Below, one piece after another: positions 1-12,689 of a DNA stretch of 64,000 bases. Position 1 is the stretch's first letter. Each line of letters starts with the position of its first letter. Under the pieces are notes generated by a model. That model was not told where the DNA came from, did no database searches, and worked only from the letters and a program-made list of their open reading frames with translations. Where the stretch lies: assembly GCA_964658305.1 (NCBI GenBank), contig OZ210885.1, forward strand, positions 24,738,001 through 24,802,000, in the 5' to 3' direction. Origin of the DNA: Leptogorgia sarmentosa. Taxonomy: Eukaryota. The position numbers and the translations under genes are program-made.

Positions 1-3000
1 GGTGGACGGCCGTTGGGAAAGTGCAGGAGACAGCACGGATGGAGCAGCACCATACCACCTTTCATCATTCCTACAGAACAAGTCAGGAGAGTATAGCAGT
101 CGGAAGCCAACAGGATGAAGACCATAGTTTGAATGATATGTTGAAGCGGTTTTGGGATTTAGAGAGTATTGATATTGCTCCTGTTAACTCGTACCGCTGA
201 GATGTCGCCTAATGAAAAACTGGCGTGGCGAAAGGTCAGCGAGTCCATGACGTTTAAGGATGGTTATTATGAGGTGGCAGTTCCGTGGAAGAAGCAAAGA
301 CCTAGTTTACCGAACAACGCGGAATTGGCAAAGAGATGACTGAAATCGACCGAGAGAAAATTAGCCAAAGATCCCGAAGTAGCAGCTGCCTATCAACGTG
401 TGATCAACGAGTACTTGGCGAAGAACTACATCCGTAAAGTACCTCCTCACGAGCCAAAACCAGAATGCGAGTGGTTGCTGCCTCATTTTCCAGTGGTTCG
501 CCCAGACAAGGAAACCACCAAAGTTAGAATCGTGTTCGACGGATCAGCAACGTGTGAAGGAAAAAGCCTTAATACGGAAGCGTTGACGGGACCGAAACTG
601 CAAAGCGATATTACCGACATTCTTATCAAATTTCGAAAGGAACCTGTTGCTTTAGCAGGGGACATTAGTCAAATGTACCATCAGCTGGTGCTGCGTCCTG
701 AAGACAGACCTTTGCATCGATTCCTATGGCGGAATCTGGATTCGACCAAAGAGCCGGAAGTTTATGAATTCCTTCGGTTCATATTTGGTGGATGTTACTG
801 CCCCTTTTGCGCACAGTACACCTGGCAACAACACGCAGAGAATCATCGAGACGAATACCCATTAGCGGCGGCAGCTGTACGAAAGAATTGTTATATGGAT
901 GATCTAATGCCGTCGGTCGAGACCATATCGAAAGCGAGGGATATGCGCCAGCAGTTAACCGATCTTGGGGACAAGGCAAACTTCCACGTTCGAAAGTGGA
1001 TTTCCAACCGTCGGGAGGTGTTGGAAGATATTCCGGAGAGAGATCGCGCGTCTGAGATCAACCTAGAAAAGAATGAGCTGCCTGTGACCAAGACCTTGGG
1101 GGTTTCATGGACGGCACTCGATGATCAGTTCCTCTTCCATTACACTCCACCTTCCGAGGACTACCGATATACGAAGAGAAATGTGCTTCGTAGCACAGCA
1201 ACCATTTTCGACCCAATGGGTTTTTTAGCACCATTTGTTGTTCGTGCCAAGCTGTTGATGCAACAAGCCTGGGTGCAAGCTTTGAGCTGGGACGAACCGC
1301 TTCCGGACGAGCTTCAGAATGCTTGGAGACAGTGGTTTGGAGAATTAGTTATGCTGCACGAGACCAAGATCCCTCGGTGTTTGAAAGATGCCCCGACTGT
1401 TACGACCATGGAAATTCACACATTCTCCAACGCTTCAGAGAAGGCTTACTCTGCCGCGGTTTACGCGCGGTATGAGTACTTGGATGGTTCATTCAGTTCC
1501 CGCTTGATAGCATCAAAGACAAGGTTGGCGCCATTGAAAACTATCAGCATACCACGCCTTGAATTAATGAGTGCAGTCATCAGCCTTCGTCTGAGCAAAC
1601 AAGTGTGCAAAGCACTGGAGTTGCAACTTCGAACGGTGAACTTTTGGATAGACAGCATGACTGTGGGATATTGGATTCGAGGCCAAAGCAGGAATTACAA
1701 ACCATTCGTCGCACATCGCGTCGGCGAGATACACCAAGATTCGAATCCTCAACAGTGGCGGCATGTTCCCACAGCGTCCAATCCTGCTGACTACGGAACC
1801 CGGGGTATGACGGTCACCGAGCTGAACAACAACGATTGTTGGTGGAGCGGACCTAACTTCCTACAAGGACCGCGTGAACAATGGCCAGAAAGGAAATTCG
1901 AAACCCCAACATCCGAAGCGTATGATGAAGTGAAACCCGAGAGTAGAAATTCCACAGCTTCCTTTATGGCAACCAAGAGAAAGGAGGACGAGGTGAAGGA
2001 AGGGTGGCGACTGAACCCGACGCATTTTTCGAAGTGGTATCGGAATCCTTTAACAACAGGAGTAGAAATCGGAAACTCTTTTGTCCGCATCCGAGCGTGG
2101 GTTCACTGATTCATTGAAAGCTGTCGGAAATCGAAGGAAAGTGCAGTCGAACGATTATACGGACAGTTAACACCACAAGAGTTAAAACGGGTCGAAAAGC
2201 AAATAATTAAAGGCGCAGATCGAGGCTTACAGTAAAGAATTCGACGCCCTGACAAACCGAAAACCGTTACCTAAGCAGAGTACGATCCTGAATCTTTCCC
2301 CAGTTCTGAAAAACGGACTGATGCGTTCAAATACCCGGCTTCGTTATTCGGAAGAGTTGACGGACAATGTAAAATATCCTATCATCTTGCCAAAACGACA
2401 CCCAGTGACCCAACTCATAGTGAAGTATCATCATGAAAGCGAAGGCCACGAAATGGGGGTGAACTTTACGTTGAATCATCTTCGTGAACGCTATGTGGTT
2501 AATGGCAGAGAATTGGTAAAACGTACCATAAAAGAGTGCGCGGAATGCAAACGACGGTTCAGAGGGAAACCTTCCAGTCAACAGATGGCACCTTTGCCGA
2601 AGATACGTTTAGAAATGACGATGAAACCATTCACTAACTGTTCTGTGGATTTCGCAGGTCCATTCTTCACCAAACAAGGACGTGGGAGAGCACGAATCAA
2701 ACGGTACCTGGGTTTGTTCCTCTGTTTACAGACACATTGTTGTCATCTTGAGATGGTCTGGTCCTTAGAATCAGATGGATTCCTGCAAGCCCTTACACGA
2801 ATGGCGGCACGACGAGGTTGGCCACGGGACATGGTTAGCGACAACGGAACTAATTTCGTTGGCGGGAACAGGGAACTGCAAGCGCTTGTGGATCAAATTG
2901 ATAAAGCAAAAGTGGAATCGTCCAATAAAGGAGTCAATTGGCACTGGAATCCACCAGCGTCTCCCCATTTTGGTGGAGTGTTTGAGCGAATGATTAAAAC

Positions 3001-3514
3001 AGCCAAACGGGCAATTAAAGCAATCTTAGGAGATGCAGAAGTCAATGATGAAGAGTTAGAAACTACCATTATTGGTGTCGAAAGCTTAATCAACTCTAGA
3101 CCCTTGACTCGTGTAACTGGGGATCCGAACGATGAGCCTGTTCTGACACCCAGCCACTTTCTCATCAGACAAATGGGAGGAGATTTGGCCCCAGAAAGCG
3201 TAGATTACACTCAGTTTAAACCGAAAAAACGATGGAGACGGGTACAAGAGTTGATTCGGCAGACCTGGCAGCGTTGGATGCGGGAGTATCTGACGACTCT
3301 TGGTTCTCGCTCGAAGTGGCACGAGGAACAAAGGAACGTTAAGAAAGGTGACGTGGCGTTGGTGATTGACCCTGGTGTGGCAAGGCGAAATTGGAAGTTG
3401 GGGAAGGTTGAAGATGTGTATCCTGGTAAAGATAAGATGGTCCGTGGTGTCGATGTTAAGGAGGGGGGTAAAGTTTATCGTCGCGCTATCAGACGTCTGT
3501 CACCTGTTAACTAG
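1..3514 (+). pseudogene. pol: BEL/Pao pol (RT, RNase H, integrase), disrupted
   Basis: ORF 400-2109 has KVRIVFDGS, LAGDISQMY, YMDD, SKTRLAPLKTISIPRLEL, NPADYGTRG; the usual RNase H FSDAS reads FSNAS. ORF 2321-3514 has an HHCC zinc finger, VDFAGP, SDNGTNF, GGVFERM. Stops lie upstream of 400 and a stop/frameshift separates the two ORFs. Confidence 0.93.
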
Positions 3515-3558
3515 ACTAGATCATATTACGGATCCTTAGGGATTCCGGGAGGGGGAAA

Positions 3559-3749
3559 TGTGCGAACGATTTAAGATAAATACGGGACATTATTGACAGT
3601 GACGTAATCGCCAAAAAGTGCGAACACATGTTTTGATAGGGACGAGAACAATATGGCGGTTGTTTATATTGTATGAGTTGTATTTTTACTTATTAAAGGA
3701 TTTATTGTTTATCACTGAACCAGCGACTTAATGTAGCATCGACTCTACA
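3559..3749 (+). repeat. 3' LTR of BEL-1 (~190 bp)
   Basis: Begins TGTGCG right after the PPT, contains ATTAAA, and ends ...CTCTACA at the junction with repeat X. The partner LTR is not in the window. Confidence 0.75.
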
Positions 3750-4247
3750 CATAACCATATCCACAACAACGCAATAATTTCAAAGCCACATCGTTTTAAT
3801 TAAAATTCCAAGACCCAATCACATATCACAATATAATCATCCAACGCTCATCCACTACCATCCCTCACAACAATCATTACACACGTATATCAACCACCAT
3901 CCTCCATCATCATGTCTGTTTCCACTCGTCTATCCTCCCCTTTCCCCCAACATCTGGACCGATCCAAGTGGAAGTACCACACAAGACAGCTGAACCCACC
4001 AACAACCACGATCAATCGGATAAATGTGTCCAAATCAAATCACACCCTTTCCCAAAACCCAATCCTGACCCCAACCGATCCATCCCAAGTCATAAAACTA
4101 CACCTTAAAGCCAACCCCCAACCAAATCCTGCACCTAAACCCTTAGACCATCATCATGCCTGCTTCCACTTGCACAACTCCAACTTCCCCTTTTCCTTCT
4201 GCGCCGCATGATCGTTCCAAGAGGAAGCACCACACAATACAACTACC
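3750..4247 (+). repeat. Unclassified repeat X, copy 1, left fragment
   Basis: Near-identical to 51796-52001 (same strand) and to the reverse complement of ~46150-46399. Strongly C/A-rich strand. Confidence 0.85.
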
Positions 4248-7200
4248 CATACTCGAAAGTTCGCTTTTCGTGCGCCATAGATTTTACGCTAAAATTTCGC
4301 GTCAAAAAGTAATGCGCCGGCGCAATGCTAGAAACCGGGACGCCAACCCGCCAAGGCACAAGGAATATATTTTTAAATATTAACTTTGACAGAAATAATG
4401 TACAACTCTTTCTATTCTTTTGTATATAATCTTTCTATTCTTTTTCCATTTTGAACAAGAACTACTGAATACAAAAATCTTGTAAAGTCAGCCTAAATAC
4501 TTATTAAAGTTATAACAAATAGTTAAGACGTGCATCCTCTTGCCGGAGACGCTTTATTACTTTGCTTTCTCTTCTAAATTTGGCACGGTCACCTAAAATT
4601 GGAGCTGTATGCCTTGGGAGTTTGTGGTCTTTGTCTGAGTCGTCTCCTTCTAAATATATATTGGCAATCTCCCTCACTGCGCGATTCGCATTTTGACAGG
4701 CTGGCAAACTCCAGTCAATCTTCGTTCTAAATAGGAAAGATTATATCATAATAATGTTTGTTTACAACTAGGAGAGAACACCTGAAATAAATCTGCAAGA
4801 CAAGTACGAAACAAACCTCAGCGCCAAGGTTTCATTATTTTGACCGCCAGGCATCTTATTCGAGGCCATAACGCTGTAGTACGATTCCACGACAGCTTCT
4901 GTACCACCTTTGGCAAGAGCAATGTCTACGCAAATACAGGCTTGAATTATGATGCCAAATGCTCACCATCGCTTTTCCACAGAAACCGCCTAAGTCCCTG
5001 TTTAAACTTGTGAAAGACAGTGTTTGCAAGGGCTGGATCGAACAACGATTCTTCATTGCCTTCAGCATCTTTGAGGCACTGTATGTGAGGTTGACTGCAA
5101 ACATATGTAAAAAAGATAGTGAAATTCTCTACCCTGTACTAGTTCTCCCTCGCCAAGCTCCAGTTTTATTTTCCCAGTCTTGAGTCTTTTGCCACAAAGA
5201 AGTTTCACGATGTTGTCTAAATGTAGACATGTAAGTATGTCTACAAGAGGCTTGGATGAACTGGCTACTCACAACTCAAAAGATGATAGAAGATCGCTCA
5301 TGAAGACTTTGACATCCTTTTCAACATCACTTGGAATGCGCATTTCCCAATTATCCATAGTTACCATTTTGCCGTCCACTTCTTTTGTTTCAGAAGAAAC
5401 AATCAACCATCCTTGTACCAGTTCTGTATTTTTAAAAGAACCGGCAGTGATTTCTGTGGCATACTTCTTTAGCATTGGCAGATGTGATGACGCGTTTTGA
5501 AAAGAAAATTCATCTTGTATCCCCTCCATGTGCTCCCTCAGTCGATCCCACCAAAGACCAATCTTCCAACACGGGACACTTAAGCCCTGTAGAGCCACTG
5601 ATAGTTCAATATATGGCTTCAAAATGTCACAGATGCTGCAGAGATCGAGAAGGAAGTCTATACCAGCAATTTGAAACTCTTTAACCTGAAATGAGATTTA
5701 TATTCAAATGACAATATTCTTATTGTAGTAGCACAAGTCGTGACCACTTTACAAAATATGTAGCTAATCCAACAGCCTAGGTTAAGGCCATTTTGCACTT
5801 CAACCATATCGCTGTGAAAACGAGCTTCACAGACCATTTTCATAATAGATGACTTTATATTAAATTATTTTATATTATTTTACGTGCATCTTAATAAATC
5901 TTTTATATGCCTCGTTTCAGTAGCTCAAATTGAACAACTAAATGAGGCTAGGAAGGCATATCAAGATGAATTAAATATTAAAGAGAATATTTAAGTCCGT
6001 CTCCACTATGAAAGAGGTATAAATAATAAAGAAAAAGATTATTGAAACTAACCTCCGTATATTTAAATTCCCGGAACGTTTTGATATACAGGGGAAGACT
6101 GTTGATCAGTTTCCGAAATTCGACATACTGCGAGGCAGAAAACCTTGTACTACATGATCGGCTTGTCAATCTCAACAGCAAATCATCATCACTTTTGGCC
6201 ATCGCTATGGCATGACTCAGCATTTTTCCTCTCTGGAAAATTCGGTGAATAATACTCGATCGTTTAACCACCCGATCAAAAAACTCTTTCGAGGAACGTC
6301 TTTGAGAGCAATATCGACATAATGCGGAGGATCCCACAAGACTGTAAAAAACGCATCAGCCATTTTTTGGTTACACAGGTCTTTTAATGTAGACTCATTT
6401 TAATATACGCACCGTCACAAACCGTACCTTGATACGAACCATTTATCAGGTCTTTTGAAAGGGATGGGTAAGCACTTTGAATTTCGCCATAAATGCCTTC
6501 GGCTAGTTCTTTTGCCTCGGCTCCCGACACATCCCCCTGGGTGGCAGAATTTGGATCAGAATACACTTCGGCTGCATTTACAGGAATAGCGCAACGCTTA
6601 CCTTCGACCATCAAGCACAGCATTACAGCATGGTTTGTTATCCGATGTGGTGTCGACTTGTCGCTAGTAACGTAAAAATGAGGTGGCAACTGCGTTGCAA
6701 GAAGTGGAGTGGCCAGAAATTTTTCAGTTTCTCTATTGATCCATAAATTTGCACATCGCAATATATCGACGAACTGTTTACGTCCATGTCCAAGTTCTCC
6801 AACATCAGAACCAGTATACGCATGAGCCAAGATAAGCGTTTCATAATGAAGTGCGGCCGCCTTTACTTTTACGACCGTAAGAGCAATACCAACCAAGTTC
6901 TCCGTCACTGTTTGGGCCCGAGTCTTTCTTTTTTTCTGGTCTTGTTCATACTATAAAACAGTTAAAAAAGAAGACACTCGATGAATATACTTTAATAAGT
7001 ACCGGTAATTAAAATGTATGAAACAAACAAATTCAATGACAACACGTCTATTGCATAAATATACTTGAAATACAGGTAGCTGTTCGAATTTTTTATCTAA
7101 AAAGGAACGTTTACCTGTAGCGCTTCGAAATGCAAATGCCTCCTGCAAGAGTGATATGACTTTTTATTGTGCTCTTTAAATTGAAAAATTTTTGGCAACT

Positions 7201-10071
7201 TCCTTCTAAAAGCCGTGTCGTTTTTTCTGGGTCAAATACGAGTCCCGTTGCCAGTGATCCACAGTACCTACAGGCCGGAATAATGGTCTTAGAAAATTTA
7301 CAGCAAAACGAAATCACATAAAATTATATTAATTTGTTCTCTAAATGGTACGAATTAAAACAGGTTACTAAATATATCACGATTAACATACCCTCCAAGT
7401 CCCTTCTTTGCGATTGCATCTGGTTTTGACATTCGAGTGGCACCAGCTCTTTTGCTAAGTAAAAATTTATAACATGTCTCGCATCGCACAACTGAAAACA
7501 CACCAACAATTTCATCTCCAGCGAAAAACCGAATGTGGTCACACATATTGACAAGGTCAATAATATTCTTGATTTCAGGCCACTTTAACAATATTTGGGA
7601 AATTTTCTGGACGCATTTCCCATCAACAGCTGCCAACGGAGTACTGCTGGTGGTTGGGACTTGTTTACCAGTCTTTAAATGAAGCTTCAAGTCCTGAATT
7701 TCTGATGTCAGCGCATCAATCTTACGATGTAATGACCTATCTTGACCGGTTTCTTTGTCATAATTTGAGAGAGGTGATTGGTCACTTTCAGGAGCTGGTT
7801 GAAGAGCTGTTGGCTTTACAACATTGAAAATAGAAGGAATGACAGTTTTTGGTGATGGTGTTGCTGTCGGAATTTTTACTTTTTGTGTTATGTTTTTTTC
7901 CCCCTTCACGTTTGCTTTTTTATCATTATCCCAGTTGATTGTATATTCTCGCGCTTTTGAAATACTCTCATCCTTGTCGTTGAATGCCACGATTACTGAC
8001 TTCTTTCCCTCATGTCTACGTCGAAAATGTCTCACTTTTGTTGATTTGTCCCGTCGGCAAAGCTTAAAGACATCTGGAGTTTCTCCAGCGCTATAAAAAT
8101 AAAGGACAAAAATACAACAGTGATATATCTGTGAATAATAATAGATCTGAAGCCCTTATTGAGATGCCCCATTTGTGAAACGGGCTCTTTGAAGATAATT
8201 ATATTAGATATTAGATATTTATTATTACTATTCTTGTTCTTATTTTTATTATTATTAATATTATTAAAAATATTATTATTATTGTAATATTATAATAATA
8301 TTAATATATTAATTATACTAACTAGTATTTATTATTGTTATATAAACATTGAATGGCAACTGATATTTTCCTCACCTAAAACATGTCAAACAAATGCCCC
8401 AGTTGTTAGATGGGTCCTTATTTTTGGCATCTACTGCTGAAACTTTAGCTATTTTTGATTTAATCCACCACGGTTGAATGTCTGTAAGGTTGAGTAACAT
8501 AAAGGTATTTAGTTTTAGTAAATTAATCAACATTATGTCACTTCCAAAATCATACAAATAAAAAATTAATATATGTGTATCTAAGGTATCTACCAGTAGT
8601 TGATTTTCTTTTATTGCTTTCACTGGCTTTTGTAATTGTATTAGGACCTACAAATAAATAAATAAACATTTAAATTATTAAAGTACACTGTATTCCTTGT
8701 GTGAATTTCTATTTATTTTCTCACCTTTGTTTGGTTTATCTTTGCAATTGTTGCAGATAACACGACTGCCATGACCCTCTTCTTCTCCATCTGGATGTGT
8801 ACCACATATTACATGTGTCTTCCTTTCACAGACAATGCAACTATGGGCACCAGTCGCTTCATTTTTGCACACACAGCATAAAATAATATCTTACCCATAA
8901 CAGCCATTCCCAAGAAATGACACATCATTAGAAAAAAAATCATATTAAAATTACATAACTGACAATGATACTTTTTGATACTTTTGGGGGCCACAGTACC
9001 TTACCTTTGTTGATTGAAAAAAAAAATTAACCATAATTACCCTAGGGCATTGTGGGAACATAATTAAATAATGTGAATAATGTTGTACATGTTTGAGAAG
9101 AAATGCTACTTCATACTAAAAGATCCTATCACTTACAACAATGCTAAACTTTTTCAATATTTAATGATCCCAGCTTATCTATGTTGTTTAAAAACTAATT
9201 TCATGAATAACATTGCAAAATTGATTTTCGGCTTTGTATTAGACGGCAGTAAAAACACCCTCATTTTGGGGTCACATGAGTCACACATTTTTCACATAAA
9301 GTTTTCTCCTTGTTTTACAATTTGAACTAGTTCTTTGGTTTTATGGTAACTTGGTATACTTAGTTAATGGAACATGTCCCACAAAAATAAGAAAAATATA
9401 TAATCCCAGTGGTTTCCAAGAAAAATCACCCTCAAGGTTGTTGATGCCCATTTATATGTCTACAAGGCTAGAGGTATATAACTATGATAGGTCACCAGGA
9501 ACTTTGATAATAAATCCACTAGCTGAAAAATAAGCATTTTACCTTTATCTCTGTCTACTTCTTTAGTAATATTTTCCTCAACCACACATTCCACACATTT
9601 TTTTTTACCTTTGTCGAATTCCATTGTGCTATAAAAATGAATAAAATTACAACTGACCAGTTCATAGCCACTGACCAGTTCATAGTAATAAGTATATACA
9701 ATAATTTATTATTGTAGTTACTATACACATACAGTATTAGACATTTCTATTTACTGCTACTATACACAATTACACATATTACACAAATTTCAATACACAT
9801 ATTACACAAATTTCATATACAGGTTTAAACATTTGTATGGCAAGAAATCAAGAACAAATTAATAAATATATGTTTTTATTTCCCCAAATCGCGATAATAC
9901 AAAATATCTAATTTGACCTGTCTATGCTTGGCATGCTTGCCTTGCTTGGTTGCACAATTCAAATCCAGTCATAGACAGTATTTGATAATGTATTATGCAT
10001 TTATGCATATCTTCAATGCTTATAATGAAAAATTAAAGTCATACACGCAAGGAATAACCGAATAAGATCTT
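4248..10071 (-). mobile_element. Divergent hAT-like DNA transposon inserted in repeat X (only one end visible)
   Basis: Homology to X stops at 4247 and resumes at ~10072. The intervening block starts CATACTCG and carries a DDE transposase-like gene. No matching second TIR was found. Confidence 0.55.
4510..9624 (-). pseudogene. Multi-exon hAT-like DDE transposase with N-terminal PHD-like and BED-like zinc fingers
   Basis: Minus-strand segments between GT-AG introns read CAVC..GAHSCIVC..HVICG..CNNC, CLTCF/..RHFRRRH, VTSDKSTP (D), VCDGAY (D), WDPPH (DxxH), CSTRF (RW-like) and GGTEAVVESYYS (E). Some frameshifts are present and exon boundaries are approximate. Confidence 0.6.
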
Positions 10072-11165
10072 CCCTGACCCTAACCAATTCCACCCTAACC
10101 CCTAAACACACCCTCGACATAACCCCAACCCAATCCTCAATCTGACCCTAACCAATTCCACCCTAACCCTCAAACACACCCTCAACATAACCCTAACCCA
10201 ATCCTCAATCTGACCCTAACCATCAAATCCGAACCCTTAAAAACACCCTTAGCACGCAGAGTCGGTCCCTCAACTGCCTTATAAGTTTTTCAGTTCCACT
10301 GTTGCGGTGGGCCCGACCCCGGGCCCTCCGCCGCCTCGGGCGGTGCGTCGCTCCACACGTCATTTACATGCCGCGCGGCAAGCAAACGCGCGCAAAGATT
10401 TTCCGTACTCTGGGCTGCCAAGACTGCGAAAGGCGAGGCTTCTGCCTCAGGGGCTTGGGAGGATCAACCTCCGTCCCAAGAGATCGAACCAAGTAGGGTC
10501 AACATGTTTCTAATTTACTTGTTATCACAATTTACTTGTTATCACAGTTAACAAACGTAATTGGTTCGCCGTCTGTCATACCGGCGCGGCGGGGTGGCCC
10601 GGCGCACAGGCAGCCATTCATCGTCCGGATCGCGGTTAAAACCACCCACCACTCGTCAACGAAAAATAGGTGCACTCGCGCGCCAGCCGCAGTGTGTTGG
10701 GCCTTGCGCCCAATATGCGAGCACGTCGTTCCAAGATCAGATAGCAGGTTAGAAACGTGCTTTCCCAGTTATGCTTGGGGCCTGATGAAACATAACTACG
10801 AGTTTTCAGCGGAAGACCAGGGGACGGGGCCCGGTGATAGTTGGCAATCACTACGGCCCAGGCATTCACACAAAACATTACTATAAACCCGGGTTTTGCC
10901 AGTACTACACACAATACGGTTCGTTTTAATATAATTCCTTTTAATATCATTCCTTTTAATATAATTCCTTTTAATAAAATTCATTCTAATGTGATTCAGT
11001 TTACTACAACCTTCCATCCTACCATAACATTCAACCCCATCCACCATCAAACTCCATGGTGTCACCCATCAATCCACAACCTCAATGAGGACACAGCTAT
11101 TTGAACCACAGTCCAGGATCCGAATACCTGCATAAAAAACACTGTATTATTTAACAACCGCCACA
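10072..11165 (+). repeat. Unclassified repeat X, copy 1, right fragment (CCCTAA-like array, GC-rich hairpin core, 17-bp AT-rich repeats, terminus)
   Basis: Reverse complement aligns with 38141-38343 plus 44811-~45730. Both copies end at the same point (...TTAACAACCGCYACA). Confidence 0.85.
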
Positions 11166-12572
11166 AAACGAAGCACAAAGTTAGATGATATTAGAAAGGA
11201 AATGAAAAATGATTCCAAGGGTGTTCATGCGTTGTGCTCGACACGATGGACAGTTCGTGGTGAATCTCTTGAATCTATTTTGAACAATTATGATGAACTA
11301 ATGGAATTATGGGACTGGTCACTCAAAAACCTACACGACACTCAAATGAAAGAAAGGATTGGAGGTGTCGAAGCAGCAATGCCAAAATTCGACTATCTTT
11401 ACTCCTCTCTACTGGCAATAATGTTTCTAAAGCAAACAGATAACTTGAGCAGAACACTTCAGAACCCCAAGATATCAGCCTCGGAAGGTAATGAAATAGC
11501 CCAGGATGTCATCAAATGTATATCAAAAGATCGCAATGACGAATCATTCAACTTGTTCTGGGAATATACCTTAAAAAAGAAAGACCTGCTTCACATTGAT
11601 AGCCCCGAACTTCCGCGAAAACGAAGAGTACCCAAAAGATACGACAATGGCAACAGTGATGACCACTTCTAAAGCCAACAGCAGAGTCAATGAATTATGA
11701 GTTACAAAAATTCACAGTTCACGATTTGATAAAGTTTTTGCAGGGCCTTAGTCATTCCAGAAAAATAGCGATGTCCGAAATTATCAAAGCGGCGAAGCGT
11801 CCGTATTAATGCGTCCAGCGAAAGATCATTCTCAGCATTGAAATGAGTTAAGACTTATTTGAGATCAAGCACAACTGACCATCGACTGAATCATCTCCTG
11901 ACTCTTCATGTCCACCAAGACAAAGTGGATGATATGAATATAATAGGTGTTGCTAATGACTTCGTTGAGAGAAATGACAGGAGAAAACAGATTTTTGGCC
12001 ATTTCACCGAAAGAGACACATGCACGAAGCTATCTTTCTCTCATAAGAGCACGCAGACAGACTAAACGCATGGTAGAACATCTAATATAAGTTAGCTATC
12101 CAGACAAAATGTACTACTCGCTGTAGTTCAGTACACTTTGAACGAATAAATTACACTTCTATTTGTTCCCATCATATACTATTGCAAGTCTATTGCATCT
12201 CATATCAACAGAAATCAAATAGAAGGAAAGTTTGCAGATTGTAGTTTTTTTATGTTATAATTCATTACGTAAATAGCTGCTATAAAAATGTAATTTATAA
12301 AGATAAAATTCATATATCATAATCTCATACTAATTCAACTATTTGGTTTGGGTAAAGGTTTGGGTCTAATGCGACTAGTTCCGTCTTAGTTGATGTACTT
12401 TGTAATCTTCAGAATTCTGAAAAATGTACGGAAATCGTAATCTCGGGGGTTCTACATTTCAAAATTTTCTACGGGGGGTATACCCCCTAGCAGCGCGAAC
12501 CCCTTCTGCATTCGCCTAGTGCTGAGGCTTCTGGCGAGCCCCCCCAATGTATATTTGCTTCCGACGGCCTTG
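11166..12572 (+). mobile_element. hAT (ZMYM1-like) transposon, 3' fragment with disrupted transposase
   Basis: LCSTRWTVRGESL, LSRTLQ, PELPRKRRVPKRY, and the hATC dimerisation region (NASSERSFSAL..LRSSTTDHRLNHLLTLHVH). It ends in a hAT-type terminus GCCCCCCC..TTCCGACGGCCTTG. Internal deletions and stops are present. Confidence 0.85.
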
Positions 12573-12689
12573 AGGAATATATGTTGTTCACATGGGTGTT
12601 TGAAATGGCATATTCTGACCAAATGGAACATTAGAACCTCAAAGACTGATTCTGGCATTTGAACACAACTTGCACTGTAATCAGACTTA

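Larger units (their letters stand above)
1..3749 (+). mobile_element. BEL/Pao LTR retrotransposon BEL-1, 3' part (5' end outside window)
   Basis: Pao-type pol order RT-RNaseH-integrase. Polypurine tract GGGAGGGGGAAA precedes a TG...CA-bounded 3' LTR (3559-3749). Repeat X sequence resumes immediately after it. Confidence 0.93.

Noticed and set aside
3912..4383. Short ORFs in repeat X (also 10302-11104, 44655-45038, 45634-46373) and ORFs antisense to pol genes
   Set aside because: Low-complexity translations of skewed repeats or shadow frames, with no recognisable motifs.
10775..10830. CTGATGA motif suggesting a hammerhead ribozyme in repeat X
   Set aside because: No GAAA follows a stem II; the sequence instead folds back on itself (CTGATGAAAC/GTTTTCAG).
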